Positions 34,436 through 50,289 of a stretch of 64,000 nt of DNA are shown here, one piece after another. The stretch spans positions 7,132,001 through 7,196,000 of the forward strand of contig CM075989.1 of NCBI GenBank assembly GCA_038087875.1, written 5' to 3'. The DNA comes from Malacoraja senta (Eukaryota). Below the pieces are notes generated by a model that saw nothing but the letters and a program-made list of their open reading frames with translations, was not told the DNA's origin and made no database searches. Numbering within the stretch: position 1 is the first letter of the stretch; each line of letters starts with the position of its first letter. Both the position numbers and the translations under genes were made by a program.

Positions 34436-34710
34436 TAAATATAAAGGCAACAGAAAAAAAAAGGAGCTGGAGTAGATGCCTCCTCAGGTTACCCACCGTT
34501 CAATAAGATCATGATCGATTTGCTGCAAACTTCATCTCCTCTGCTGTGTCATATCAAACCACCCTCATAAATTGTTTTTTTTAGTAAATCAGCATCTGCA
34601 GTTCCTTGTTTCTTCATTTGAGCTGCACAACACTGAAAAAAAGGGGGGGGGGGGTTAAAAAATTGAAATAATATACATTCTTTGGTGTTAGGTCACCCAA
34701 GCTATTATTC

Positions 34711-34743
<33 letters not shown>

Positions 34744-34996
34744 TTATTTGTATAGCACATTTAAAAACAACTCACGTTGACCAAAGTGCTTCACATCAGT
34801 GCAGGTACTAATATGCTACATACAACGGTAGACAGACCTAACAATACATACATAAACTGTTTACAGCGCCCCTCACAGGGCCTCAAAAACACTACGGAGT
34901 AGAAATAGGTTTTGAGTCGTGACTTAAAGGAGTCGATGGAGGGGGCAGTTCTGATGAGGAGAGGGATTCTGTTCCACAGTTTAGGTGCTGCAACCA
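34711..34996 (-). mobile_element. L2-clade LINE 3' fragment with (TTA)n tail
   Basis: VAAPKLWNRIPLLIRTAPSIDSFKSRLKTYFY, an L2 RT C-terminal motif. Confidence 0.85.
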
Positions 34997-35359
34997 TCTT
35001 ATCTAGTTTCATTTATAATTTTACCCTGTTCCTTTCTTCTGTTTGAAACCGAGTTGGCCCAACCGCATAGTTCTACCATGGGCTGTGACAATCTATGATG
35101 GGTTAAAAGGCCTCCTCTAATGTTCTATCCAGAACATCAAGAGTACTGAAACAGGAAGTTCAATTCTGGGGCCATTTATCTCCTTTATTTTCGATCATTC
35201 ATTCTATATCTTCATTATTCTGCCTGTCACAACAAAAAGTGTTTGTTTTGAGATGAAAGCTTTTAATTTTGTCCCCTGTCACTCCGCAACCTACCTTATA
35301 TGTTTGAAGCTTTCAAAATGGAATCCATCTTTGGTAGGCAGGTGCTCAGGCTTCCGTAG

Positions 35360-35525
35360 TCATAAGTTCATGTGATCGGACCAGAATTAGGCCATTCGGC
35401 CCATCAGGTCTACTCCACCCTTCAATCATGGCTGATCTATCTCTCCCTCCTAGCCCCATTCTCCCGTCTTCTCCCCATAAACCCTGACACCTACTATTCA
35501 AGAATCTATCTATCTCTGCCTTTAA
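35360..35525 (-). mobile_element. CR1 3' end
   Basis: CR1 3' UTR. Confidence 0.8.
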
Positions 35526-35607
35526 AAAAAATCTCTCCCTCCTAACCCCAAGTGCACTCTTTTGACAGAGTCAATCAGTGTTGGGTGGTTCTGAGGGATC
35601 TCCACAG

Positions 35608-35965
35608 TTTTTATTTTATTTTTTTAATTTTTTTTTATTAGAAGTATTTTACATTACAGTTATCTGCAATAACATAACATAATTTTATACAATTCTTGTA
35701 CCACTTCTGTTTTTCAACTTTAATAGAAAAAAGGATAGAAAGAGCTAGGAAAGATAGTCAGTGAATGAAAGTGGTCCAGGAACACTCTTGTGAACCTAAA
35801 CCACAAGAAGTAGTTAAAGAAGAAAAGAAAAAAAGAGAAAAAAGAAAATAAGATAGGACAATATGAAAGGGATGTGTCTACTTCTTATCTTTACTCACCC
35901 CTCGCCAGGTCCTAAAACCATTTATTATCAACATTTTGTTGCACCCTATGTTTGTAATAAGTCGA
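35608..35965 (-). mobile_element. poly(A)-tailed retroelement 3' UTR (L1/Tx1-like)
   Basis: A-rich tail preceded by AATAAA on the minus strand; no coding evidence. Confidence 0.4.
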
Positions 35966-36329
35966 TATATGGCGGGATCTCCACAGTTGTGCACTGATTA
36001 TACACACATTAGTCGGGCACTAGAGGTGTGCTGTTGGTTAATGCACAGTTTGGAAAACATTGATTTACCCGTAAGGACCCAGAATTTACATTCCACTGGA
36101 AACCTCATTGTTGGACGTTTGAATGAGATCCATTAGAACGACTAATTACTCTGTTGCCAAAATATTACATTGGTGATTTTTTTTAGTGATTCATGACAGG
36201 GAACAACCTCTCCATCTGTGTCGCTGGTGGACCAATATTGTGGATCACTTGCAACATCTCCCATTTGCATTGACATGGAACATTTCTCAGCCCAGGTTCA
36301 TCTCTGTACCCTAGTGCTTCCCACCACTG

Positions 36330-37025
36330 ACTACACTTCACCCTGCCTCGGAAACGCAGTCAGCACCATCAAAGACTTTGGGTGGGCCCTGGTCATTCCT
36401 CCTTCTCCTTGCTCCCATGCAACAGAAGGTACAGAAGCTTGAAAGCGCTCAGGAACAGTGCGGTACAGTGCCACAGCGGTAGAGTTGCTGCTTTACAGCG
36501 CCAGACACCCGGATTCGATCCTGACTACACTGGTTTGTCTGTACGGAGTTTGTACGTTCTCCCTGTGACCACGCGGGCTTTCTCCGGGTGCTCCGGTTTC
36601 TTCCCAGTCTCCAAAGACGTGCAGGTTTGTAGGCTAATTGCCTTCTGTAAATTATCCCTAGTGCGTAGGATACAACTAGTGTACAGCTGATCACTGGTTG
36701 GCCTGGAACCGATAGTCCATAGGGAGTGTTTCCACACTGTATCTGTAACTAAACTAAACTAACAGCTTCTTCCCCAGTGTTATCAGGCTTCTGAATGGTC
36801 CTTCCATAGGCTAGGGGACTGCCTGATTCACCTCTCCATGGATTTTGTCTATGGAGCTGGTGGTGTTGCAATGCTGAGAACTATATTCTGCACTCTGTAT
36901 CTTCCCCTTTGCTCTGTCCTATTGTACTTGAGTTTGACCTGATTGTATTTGTGCACAGTTTATCTGATCTGTTTGGATAGAATGCAATACAAATCTTTTC
37001 ACTGTACCTTGGTACACGTGGCAAA
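36330..37025 (+). mobile_element. Rex1-like 3' fragment interrupted by an HE1 SINE (36454-36762)
   Basis: PGHSSFSLLPCNRRYRSLKA|NSFFPSVIRLLN. Confidence 0.7.
36454..36762 (+). mobile_element. HE1-like SINE
   Basis: tRNA head, V-domain, (CTAAA)n. Confidence 0.88.
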
Positions 37026-37069
37026 AATATATATACAAACTGAGTATTACTGTCAACAATTCCAAGAAC

Positions 37070-37664
37070 CAAGGCTTGATTCTGGGTGACATTGGGTGTT
37101 GTCTGTGTGAAGTTTGCACAACCTCCCTGGGACCAGGTAGGTTAGCACCAGTTACTCCGGTTTCCTCCCACAAAGCTAAATGTTACTTGGCTTTGGTGAA
37201 TTGCTCCAAGTGTCCAGATTGATGGCAGGAGAAGCAGGAGAAGTTGGTGGACACAGGGGAGAGAGGGTAGGTTGTAAGGAGATCAGCAGGGACTGGACAG
37301 ATAGATGCGTTCTGAGAGTTGGCAAAGACTCAATGGGCCGAATGCTCTCTTTAGCCAGGATTTTACAGATACAGCACAGAAACAGGCACTTCACCCCACC
37401 AAGTCCACACTGACCAGTGATCATCCCATACACCAACACCATCCTACACAATAGATACAATTTTTACATTTTTACCGAAGCCAATTAACCCATGAACCTG
37501 CTCATCTTTGGAGAGTGGGAGGAAACCAGGGCACCTGGAGAAAACCGATGCGGTCACAGAGAGAATGTACAAACTCCATACAGACAGCACCCATAGTCAG
37601 GATCAAAACTGGGTCTCTGCAGCTGGAAGACAGCAATTCTACCACAGCGCCACTGTGCCGCCCC
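37070..37664. mobile_element. tail-to-tail SINEs: old plus copy 37070-37350, minus copy 37362-37664
   Basis: V-domains on opposite strands. Confidence 0.75.
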
Positions 37665-37963
37665 CTAATGTGCCATCTCTTTTTATATCATAGAAATCCT
37701 GTCGGCCCTTTCGTCTCCTCTCTCTCCATCCCTTCCCCACCCTGGTCATCTTACTAGTTTTACTGTTGTCCTGTTGAGCTCCTGTCTGTATAATTTGTTA
37801 TCAGCTCGCCCACAGCCAACAATGGCCTATCGTGTGCTCCACATTTCCTTAATTATCGTCACTTTTTGCATATCTTTTATTCATTTCTCCTAAGTACCAT
37901 CTACATCTCTTGTTCCCTTTTCCCCCAACTTTCAGTCCGAAGAAGGGTTTCAACCTTAAGGGT

Positions 37964-38691
37964 AGCCAATTAACCTACCACCATGTAGGTCTTTGGAGTG
38001 TGGGAGGAAACCGAAGATCTCGGAGAAAACCAACGCGGTTACGGGGAGAACGTACAAACTCCATACAGACAACAACTATAGTCAGGATCGAACCCGCGTC
38101 TCTGGTGCTGTCACCGCAGTAAAGCCCCTGTCCCACTTTCATGACCTAATTGCCGACCTCTGCCGAGTTTGCCCTTGACTCATACTCGCAGCATGGTCGC
38201 CACAAGGTCGTAGGAGGTCTTCGTAACTCTTCCTCATGCTCGTGAGTGGTCTCCGCGTACTCGTGGCCTCAAGTAGGCCGCGGCGTTTTTACCAGCCTGA
38301 TAAAAAATGTCCACGAGTAAAAAAAAGGTCGGCATGGAGAAAATTTATACTTTTTACTCGTAGGTAGGTCGTGGTAGGCCGTGATGGTAGTCGTAGGTAG
38401 TCGTAGGTCGGTAACTGGCCCGAGAAAAAAAAAATGCAAACATGACATCATTTTATCATGTGATAATTTCCACTCGTAGCTAGTCGTAGTTGGTCTTAGG
38501 TGTGGATTGAGGTCGAGGTGGGTCATAGGAGGTTGTAGACATAGTCGTAGGAGGTCTTTTACTTCAGCGAGTCAACACGACCTTGACATTTTTTTCAACT
38601 CGTCTAGAGTCTTCTAAACTCGTGGATTATGTCGTCCAAGTGGGACAGGCCCTTAAGGCAGCAACAATACCGCTGCGCCACCATGCCGCCC
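37964..38691 (-). mobile_element. HE1-like SINE interrupted by a MITE
   Basis: ...CGCAG[TAA]GGCAGCAAC... is continuous across the MITE. Confidence 0.85.
38123..38653. mobile_element. PIF/Harbinger-like MITE, subfamily B (long form)
   Basis: TIRs, TAA TSD at 38120-38122 and 38654-38656, internal homology to the copy at 30250. Confidence 0.9.
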
Positions 38692-39207
38692 ATAAATGTT
38701 AACTCTATTTTTCTTCCTGCAGATGTGGCCTGACCTGCCGAGTGTTTCTAGCAATTTTTGTTTTTATTTTAATTTATTGTAAATTTCAGGTCAGAGGCCC
38801 TTCATCAGAATTGGGAAGGAGAGAAATGAAACATTTGCACTGTGGCTGCCAAAGTGAAGTCATGTCTGCCTCGCCATTCTAAACCCAACTAATTGTAGAA
38901 TAATAATTCTCAGTTTAATTGAGGCAGGCTTACCTGATACTCTTTGCCATTGAGTAGTGGAAGAACGTTTACAATCCTAAATTGGAAACTGAACAGTTTT
39001 GCTTAACAATATGTTTCCTATTTCATTTTAATAATCAGAAATGAATTCAAGATGCTCTTTGTTTTCAGAGACCATGTCTCTGTGCTCCTTGTATGGGTAG
39101 GTGCCGGTCCGTTCATTTATAGATGGTGGTAGCTCCTGGGGTTATCAGAGATGCAGCAGTACTTAAAATCAGGAGCTTTGGCAGAGGGAAGAGTTATTAT
39201 TAATATC

Positions 39208-40044
39208 AACAAACATACATACACAGACAAACATACATACACAGACAAACATACATACACAGACAAACATACATACACAGACAAACATACATACACAGAC
39301 AAACATACATACACAGACAAACATACATACACAGACAAACATACATACACAGACAAACATACATACACAGACAAACATACATACACAGACAAACATACAT
39401 ACACAGACAAACATACATACACAGACAAACATACATACACAGACAAACATACATACACAGACAAACATACATACACAGACAAACATACATACACAACAAA
39501 CATACATACACAGACAAACATACATACACAGACAAACATACATACACAGACAAACATACATACACAGACAAACATACATACACAGACAAACATACATACA
39601 CAGACAAACATACATACACAGACAAACATACATACACAGACAAACATACATACACAGACAAACATACATACACAGACAAACATACATACACAGACAAACA
39701 TACATACACAGACAAACATACATACACAGACAAACATACATACACAGACAAACATACATACACAGACAAACATACATACACAGACAAACATACATACACA
39801 GACAAACATACATAATCTGCACAGACAAACATACATACACAGACAAACATACATACACAGACAAACATACATACACAGACAAACATACATACACAGACAA
39901 ACATACATACACAGACAAACATACATACACAGACAAACATACATACACAGACAAACATACATACACAGACAAACATACATACACAGACAAAAACATACAT
40001 ACACAGACAAAACATACGGATTACACAGACAAACATACATACAC
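39208..40044. repeat. 18-bp minisatellite (ACACAGACAAACATACAT)n
   Basis: More than 40 near-perfect units running into the gap. Confidence 0.97.
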
Positions 40045-40244
40045 NNNNNNNNNNNNNNNNNNNNNNNNNNNNNNNNNNNNNNNNNNNNNNNNNNNNNNNN
40101 NNNNNNNNNNNNNNNNNNNNNNNNNNNNNNNNNNNNNNNNNNNNNNNNNNNNNNNNNNNNNNNNNNNNNNNNNNNNNNNNNNNNNNNNNNNNNNNNNNNN
40201 NNNNNNNNNNNNNNNNNNNNNNNNNNNNNNNNNNNNNNNNNNNN
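40045..40244. other. assembly gap (200 N)
   Basis: Run of N. Confidence 1.
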
Positions 40245-40462
40245 AAAAGAGTCCCATGATCAACAGGACAAACGCCAATCTCCACTTCACATTGACCAGA
40301 ACTTTACAAGAGCTGAACAAAATGTCCTGACAGGAAACGCGGGATATCAAGCTTGCCAACATTTAAAAAAGGCCCTGGGGCGATAAGTAGGACAAACATT
40401 CTTTTCCATGATTCTTTTCTCATGATTCTGGGAGTGGGTACATGGAATAAGCTTCCAGAGGA

Positions 40463-40768
40463 GGGTGGCACGATGGCACAGCGGTAGAGTTGCTGCCTTA
40501 TAACGCTTACAGCACCAGAGACCCGGGTTCAATCCCGACCATGGGTGCTGTCTGTACGGTCTTTGTAAGTTCTCCCCGTGACCACCTGGGTTTTCTCCGT
40601 AGTTCTTCGGTTTCCTCGCACACTACAAAGACGTACAGGCCTGTAGGATAATTGGCTTGGTATAAATGTTAAAATGGTCCCTAGTGTGTGTAGGATAGTG
40701 TAATGTGTGAGGATCGCTCGGCCAAAGGTCCTGTGTCCACACTGTATCTCTAAACTAAACTAAACTAA
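40463..40768 (+). mobile_element. HE1-like SINE
   Basis: A/B boxes, V-domain, tail. Confidence 0.9.
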
Positions 40769-40799
40769 GGTAGTTGAAGCAGATAACATAACAGCGTTT

Positions 40800-42270
40800 A
40801 GAACATAGAACAGTACAATACAAGTAAAGGTCCTTCGGCCCACAATGTCAGTGCCAAATATGATGCCAAAACCATCTCTTATAGCGGAGTCAGGGGATAT
40901 GGGGAGAAGGCAGGAACGGGGTACTGATTGGGGATGATCAGCCATGATCACATTGGCTCGAAGGGCCAAATGGCCTACTCCTGCACCTATTGTCTATTGT
41001 CTATTATCTACCTGCATGTTATACATATCCCTCCAATCCCTGCATATCCATGTGCCTATCCAAAAGTATCTGCTTCAACCATCAGCTCCCACACCACCCT
41101 CCATGTAAAAAACTTGCTCCACACATCTCCTTTAAATTTTGCCTCTCTCACCCTAAACTGTGTCCTGTAATGTTTGGATTCTCCATCCTGGGGAAAAAAA
41201 GGTTCTGACTGTCGACCCTATCTATGCCTCTCATAATTTGATATCCTTCTATCAAGTCTCCCTGCAACTCCGGCATTCAGGAGAAAACAATCCAAGTCTG
41301 TCCAACCTCTCCCTATACCTAATACCCTGTAACACTGACATCATTCGGGTAAACCTGCATCCTTTCCAAACCCTCTACATCCATCCTGTAATGAGGTGAC
41401 CAGAATTGCACGCTGAAATCCAAATGCAGCCTAACCAAACATCTTTAAAGCTGCATCACGAGTTCCTGACTCTTATACTAAATGCTCCGATCTGTATGCC
41501 TTTTTTACCACTCTATCTACTTGTGTTGCCATTTTCAGAGAATTATGGATGGACCCCAAGATCCCTCTGTACACCAATGCTGTTAAGGGTTTATTGACAA
41601 TATATTTTAACTGTATATTTTCCCCTTATTTTGACCTCCCAAAGTGCAACCTCCTTGAACATACTCAGATTTAAGTCCATCTGCCATTTCTCTGCCCTTT
41701 TCTGTAGCCGATCTATATCTCGCTGCATACTTTGACGGCATTCCTCACCGCCTCAGCAATCGTGGTGTAATCTGCAAATTTACTAATTAACCCATCGACG
41801 TTTGTATCCAAGTTATTTTTATATATATCACAAACAGCAGAGGTCAGAGCTCGAGTCTCTGTGGAACTCCACTGGTTACAGACCTCCAGCCTGAATGCTG
41901 TCCTTCCACCAGTCTTCAATCCATACGGCCAAGTCACTGTTAATCTCATGCATCTTAATCTTCAGGATCAGCCTACCGGGGGGGGGGGGGGGGGGGGGAC
42001 TTTATCAAATGCCTTACCAGCATCCACTGCCCTACCCTCTTTTGATCTCCTTCATCACTTCGTCAAAAAACTCAATCTACAAACTCAAGTAAGACTCAAC
42101 CTACCGTGTTCAAAGACCATCTCACTGTTCCTATTTAACCTCTTTTCTTTCAAAGGAGATTAAATCTTATCCCAAAGAATTCTCTCCCATAGCTTTCCAT
42201 ACCACTGACATGCAGTTCATTGGCCTAAAATCCCCAGGTTCTCACTACTTCCCTTCTTAAATAAAGGAAG
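40800..42270 (-). mobile_element. long decayed CR1 fragment (RT region) with a plus-strand CR1 3' piece at ~40881-41005
   Basis: NNLDTNVDGLISKFADYT (RT catalytic FADD-type motif) and 3' UTR. Confidence 0.85.
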
Positions 42271-43310
42271 AAGGGGTGTCTGGTTTCACCCCACACTCCA
42301 TAGGCTTGGAGACTAACAGATTTTTAGGTTAATTGGCTTTGGTAAAAATATACATTGTCCCCTAGTGTGTAGGATAGTGTTAGTGTATGGGTGATCACTG
42401 GTCGGCAAAGACTCGATGGGCCGAAGGGGCCTGTTTCCGCGCTGTGTCTCTAAACCAAATTGTGGGTCGAAGGGCTTGTTCTTGTGCAGCACTGTTCTGT
42501 GTTGTGTGTCCTGTGAAGACTACAAGGGTGCAGGAAGGATGCAGTCTGCCTGTTAATTAATAGAATGCCACCCCCCCCATCTCATGTTCAACTCAGCCCA
42601 GCAAAGAAAAAGCTGCATGGCTGGTGCACAAGGCCAGAGATATCGCTCCACCACTCCCCTGTGAGGGAGGGGAGGGCTGACTTCCAAACAAATAAACGGC
42701 AGCCGTTAAATCACACATAAATCTCAGATCGTCTGCAAAAGGAAGCTCTTCGAAATGGCTAAGAGCAGACTTCTTGATGGCAGTCGAACAGAGCAAAGAG
42801 ACAGAAATATCCTTGAGTGTTTTTGAAATGCTTGTCTTAATCCGACCAATTTTGAAAAGGGTTTTGTATACTTACGGATTCTTGGCTCTGTTGTCTTTGG
42901 CTCCAAGTCGTTGCAGACATTACATAAAGTTTCCTTTGGCACGAGAACCCCTGACATATTGGGGCCTATTACCTAGGCTGCCGAGGAACTACTGCAGATG
43001 TGGTTGGATACTATTTGAGAGACTTTATTTTTTAATGACCTGCAGTGTACCACAGTTAGAACGCAAAAAATATTTTGTCCTTATTAAGTCTGCTTCTCTG
43101 ACCCATCTTATTATGAAAACCAATGGTTGTGGAAAGTTAGTAATTAAATGAAAGAACTGGCAGGTTCTTTACCACAGATTTATAAATTAATCTTTCGTTT
43201 ATTTGTGTTGGCTGTTCTGTGGAGAAGCAACGTTATTGTTATCACACCTCTCAGAAACTTCGCTAACATTAAATGTTTTAAAGAAGTTTTTAAAAACAAA
43301 ACGATGTTTC

Positions 43311-43633
43311 GTAGTTTTTGTAGTTTTAGAGATACAGCACAGAAACAGGCCCTTCGGCCCACTGAGTCTGCACTGACCAGCGATCCCCACACATTAACAC
43401 TATCTTACACGCACTAGGGACAATTTACACTTATACCAAGCCAATTAACCTACAAACCTGTACGTCTTTGGAGTGTTGTAGGAAACCAAAGATCCCGGAG
43501 AAAACCCATGCAGTCTCGGGGAGAATGTACAAACTCCAATACAGACAGCACCCGTAGTCTGGATCAAACCTGGGTCTCTGGCGCTGCAAGCGCTGTGAGG
43601 CAGCAACTCTATTGCTGCGCCACCGTGCCGCCC
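43311..43633 (-). mobile_element. HE1-like SINE, full length
   Basis: Head to tail. Confidence 0.9.
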
Positions 43634-43732
43634 GTTCTGTAAAAGCCGATGACAGGTTAGTTAGAGGGCCCAATTTTAGGCAAGGTATTGATATCATGCC
43701 CAATTATTTCTAACCACCACCTTTGGTCCTGA

Positions 43733-43970
43733 ACATGAGGAGGAATTTCTTTAGTCAGAGGGTGGCGAATCTGTGGAATTCATTGCCAAAGAAGGCAGTG
43801 GAAGCCGTCAATATATATTTTTAGGTGCTTGATTAGCATGGGTATTAGGAGTTATGGGGAGAAGGCAGGAGAATGGGTTTGGAGGGAAAGATAGATCAGC
43901 CATGATTGAATGGCGGAGTAGACTTGATGAGCCGAATGGCCCAATTCTACTCCAATAACTTCTGAACTTA
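43733..43970 (+). mobile_element. CR1 3' fragment
   Basis: MRRNFFSQRVANLWNSLP plus UTR. Confidence 0.85.
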
Positions 43971-44724
43971 CAGTATGATACGATATTATACTATACGATT
44001 GAACTTTATTTATCAGGTATTTACTTATTTACATTTACTTATCAGGTTCATTTTAACAAGTTAATAATTTATTGTTCAGCTACAGATGTCAGGTGAGGTA
44101 AAGGTAGAATGAAAATCTTGCAGCCGCATCACAAGCACATAGACTCAGACAACACGACTATATCAATTATACATAAATTACACATAAATTCTGCAAGATA
44201 GTGAAAAGAAAATAAGACTGCACAAAATAAAATATGAATGCAAAACACAAAGAGAAAAAAAGCAAGTCCGTGATAGTGCAGGAGGTGGTCGTAGTGTTCC
44301 GTTGCCGAGGTAGAATTGCCGTTTTGTGGGTGTATCAAAGAGATTGACGGTTGTCGGCAAAGGACACAAAGTGCTGAATTTGATAAATTTCCCACCTTTG
44401 ATCAACTTCCCTCCTGGGATAAATAAAGTGCTATCGTATTCCTGTCCTAACTCAGCAGGTTAGGCAGCATCTCTGGAGAACATGGTTAGGTGATGTTTCA
44501 GGTCGAGACTGTTTGTAGACAGCAAGGCATGGACATTGCTCCTTGCTGTTGGTGTCTCTGGTAGAGCATCTTAAGGGCAGAGGGCCGCATAATTTGATTC
44601 ATAATTAGTAATCTTTTTGTAATATTAATGTTATTGTTACTATAGTTTTGTAATAGAATTGTTAAAATATGAAGATCTAGTTTTTAACCTTTTGGCACAT
44701 GCCAGTGCACCATACAGTCATTGC

Positions 44725-45005
44725 TTTAGACTTTAGAGATACAGCATGAAAACAGGCCCTTCGGCCCACAGAATCTGTGCCAACCAGCAATCACCACAGA
44801 CACTAACTCTATCCTACACGCTAAGTACAATTTTACAATTTATTCCCCCAAGCTAATTAACCATAAACCTATACGTCTTTGGAGTGTGGGAGGAAACTGG
44901 AGCACCCGGAGAAAACCGACAAGGTCACAGAGAGAACGTACAAACTCCGTACAGACAGCACCCGTAGTTAGGATCAAACCCGGGTCTCTGCCACTGTAAG
45001 GCAGC
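44725..45005 (-). mobile_element. HE1-like SINE
   Basis: V-domain, tail. Confidence 0.88.
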
Positions 45006-45169
45006 CCAAAATGTCACCCATCCTTCTTCTTCAGAAATGGAGCCCTTCTGGTGCATCTTTGTTGTGCTCTGTCAAATGGCAAGTGTATCCTCTTTTTGGG
45101 GTTTACAGAATTCTCTATCCACAATCTTATCACGGATTTATCTAAATGCAATAAGATGTAGGATATGGC

Positions 45170-45331
45170 GACACAAGCAACTGCGGATGCTGGTATCTTG
45201 AGCAAAGCATTAAGTGCTGGAGTAACTCAGCGGGTTAGGCAGCATCTGTGAAGGGAATGTATAATAAATGATTCATGTCTGAAGAACTGAAACTATGCTG
45301 CCTGACCCACTGAGTTACTCCAGCACTTTGT
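45170..45331. mobile_element. Penelope-like inverted pair
   Basis: AAGTGCTGGAGTAACTCAG...CTGAGTTACTCCAGCACTT. Confidence 0.65.
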
Positions 45332-45841
45332 ATTGTGCTCAAGTTGTAGGATATCTTTACTCCTGTACAAAAATAATTTCATAATGAAGATTAATGTGCC
45401 ATTTTTCTTCCTAATAACTTGCCTCACCTGCAAGTTAGCTCGCAGTGATATGTGTACAAAGACACCCAGGTCTGCAATATTTTCTAATCAGTTGACAATG
45501 TTTCAGTTTTTATGCACTGAGGTGGATTATGCCACATGTTTTGCATTGTATTTCATCTGATCAGGCCTTTATGTCTTGCCTCACCTTAAATCTGTGGTGC
45601 ATAAGAATTTCTCAGAGATGATCATGAATCTCAGCGACTCTGTGCCAGGGAGGGTTGTGGAGATTGGATCATTGGAGGTACTTAGAGGAGGTAGATACAT
45701 TGTTGAAAGATTGCAGAAATGGTAGCAAAGGGGAACTAACACAGAAAAGGAAATAGAACTTGGGGCAGACGAGCCATGATGACCTGTTACCTACAAAGCT
45801 ACCTTGATGACCTGTTACCTACTCCTGCTCCTATTTTCTTA

Positions 45842-47974
<2,133 letters not shown>

Positions 47975-48234
47975 TGTCTATTATGTCTAAAGTACAGGTA
48001 AGTGGTTGCAGTCTTTTCACTTTCAGAGTCAAAAGAATGGGAAAAATTGAAAGGATAGCGATTAGCCAAGTCCGCTTAAGTCAAATAAGCTGAGAGGTGG
48101 GGCAATTTTAAGGTAACCATTGGACTGGTTGCAGCACCCAAATTGGTTAATTGAGTAGCAAATAAATACAAGGCAAAGAATTGCACAGTGTCCGTGAAGT
48201 TTGTGATGAGGTCAAATGTGAATCTTTGGCGAGG

Positions 48235-49030
48235 TCAAGTGTGGCAGGTGGGCTGAAGAACGGTTGATGGAATTTAATACGGAGAAATGAGGGATGTTGT
48301 ATTTTGGGACGTCTAACATGGGCAGGACCTGCACAGTGAATGGTAGGGCTACGGGGAATGTTGTGGAGGAGATGGAACTAGGAGTACAGGTACATAATTT
48401 GTTGATAGTAGCATCACAGGTAGATCGGGTGGTCAAAAAGGCTTTTGGCACATTGGACTTCATCAGAAGTTGGGAGGTCTTGTTGCTGTTATGTAAGACA
48501 TTGGTGAGGCCACATTTAGAATATTGTGTTCTGTTTTGGTCATCATGTTTTAGGAAAGATGCTGTCAAGCTGGAAAGGATACGGAGAAGACTTGTGAGGA
48601 TATTGCCAAGATTTGAGGGACTGAGCTAACGGTAGAGGTTGAGCAGGCTAGGACTTTATTCCTTGGAGTGCAGGAGGATGATCTTATAGAGGAGTACAAA
48701 GTTATGAGAGGAATAGATTGAGTCAATGCAATCTTAGAAATTTTTGCTCAGAGAACCACAAGGCGTAGGTTTAAGGTGAGGGGGGAATGTTTTAATAGGA
48801 ATCTGAGGGGTAACATTTTTTACATAATGGTTAAAAAAGGTGTATGGAGCAAGCTGCCAGAGGAGATAGTTAAGTCAGATACTATCACAATGTTTAAGAA
48901 GCATTTAAACAGGTACATAGAAAGGAGAGATTTAGATGAGTATGGGCCAAACGCAAGCAGGTGGGACAAGATGAATGGGCATGTTGGTTGGCGTGGGCCG
49001 AAGGACCTGCTTCCACACTGTATGACTCTT
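48235..49030 (+). mobile_element. CR1 3' fragment
   Basis: QVDRVVKKAFGTL...KTLVRPHLEYCV.FWS..FRKD..KLER. Confidence 0.9.
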
Positions 49031-49554
49031 CCAGTAGATTCTGAAGAAATGCATCCAGTTCTGCTGACTAATGCATACCATGGACTGCTTTGTTCAAAGT
49101 GACTTAGGGAATCTTTGGAACATGAAAGAACAGCGATCACCTCATAGTTATTCATTTGAACCCCCTCATCGTAAGAAAGGTCAGACAACACAGCTTCTTT
49201 CTTTGACAAAAACATGTGAATATGACAAACATTCTGACTGAATGAATTTCAGTGTATGTGCTTTTTTGGCTGGCAACTTGCACTGCATATTTGTGGACAG
49301 GCCCACAGATAATTTGTGGCCTTTAAAGCCCAAAATTCTGGCCGCAACATACCTTCTACTATTTATTTTAGAACATAGAACGAGCCACTTCAAATACTGT
49401 GGTTCAAAATGGGCTCTTATGTCCGTTTTTCTTGTGGAGGAAGCTTATTTTGATTCATAAACCAGGGGATGCTTAAGTGCTTTAGTAAACCATTTGAATA
49501 GTTGGACATGAAAGAAGGTTAAAGTGAACAAAAATAATACCACTTGCTGAGTCA

Positions 49555-50015
49555 TCAGGTCATAAGTGAAAGGAGCAGAATTAGGCCATTCGGCCCATCT
49601 AGTCTCCTTTGCCATTCAATCATGGCTGATCTATCTCTACCTCCGATCCCCATTTTCCTGCCTTCTCCCCATAACTCCTGACACCTGTACTAACCAAGAA
49701 TCTATCTTGTCTCAGCCTTAAAAATATCAATTGACTTGGCCTCCACAGCTTTCGGCAGCAAAGAATTCCACAGATTCACCACCCTCCAACTAAAGAAATT
49801 CCTCATCCTCCTCCCTAAAGGAAGTGCTTTAATTCTGAGGCTATGACCTCTAGTCATAGTACGGAATCAAGGGATATGGGAAGAAAGCAGGAACGGTGTT
49901 CTGATTTTGGATGATTAGCCATGATCATATTGAATGGCGATGCCGAATGGCCTACTCCTGCACCTATTTTTCTATGTTTCTAGTCCGAGACTATCCCACT
50001 AGTGGAAACATCCTG
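49555..50015 (-). mobile_element. CR1 3' fragment with a nested plus-strand CR1 tail (~49860-49980)
   Basis: CR1 UTRs in both orientations. Confidence 0.8.
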
Positions 50016-50289
50016 TATCCACACAGTCCTACTCAGAGGCATGAAAGACCACAAATCAGTGCACAGGTGACCATGTGCTTGCTTTTATAAGGCTTCATAT
50101 CCAGGAGTTTGTTCAAATGGAAGGCAGCCGACCCCACCAAATACTCATCCAGAGAAAATATGTTAAGTTGGGGTTGTGGAAATGTGTTTGTACCATAACA
50201 TCAAATACTCCAAAGGTCATCACATTTAAATTCCTGCTTCTAAAGTCAATCGGAAACAAACCAAACCCTCTCCAACGTTTACGGATCAG

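Noticed and set aside
39117..40386. 275-411 aa repetitive ORFs, and resemblance of the array to CRISPR
   Set aside because: This is an 18-bp tandem minisatellite with no unique spacers, plus Ns, in a eukaryotic context with no cas genes.
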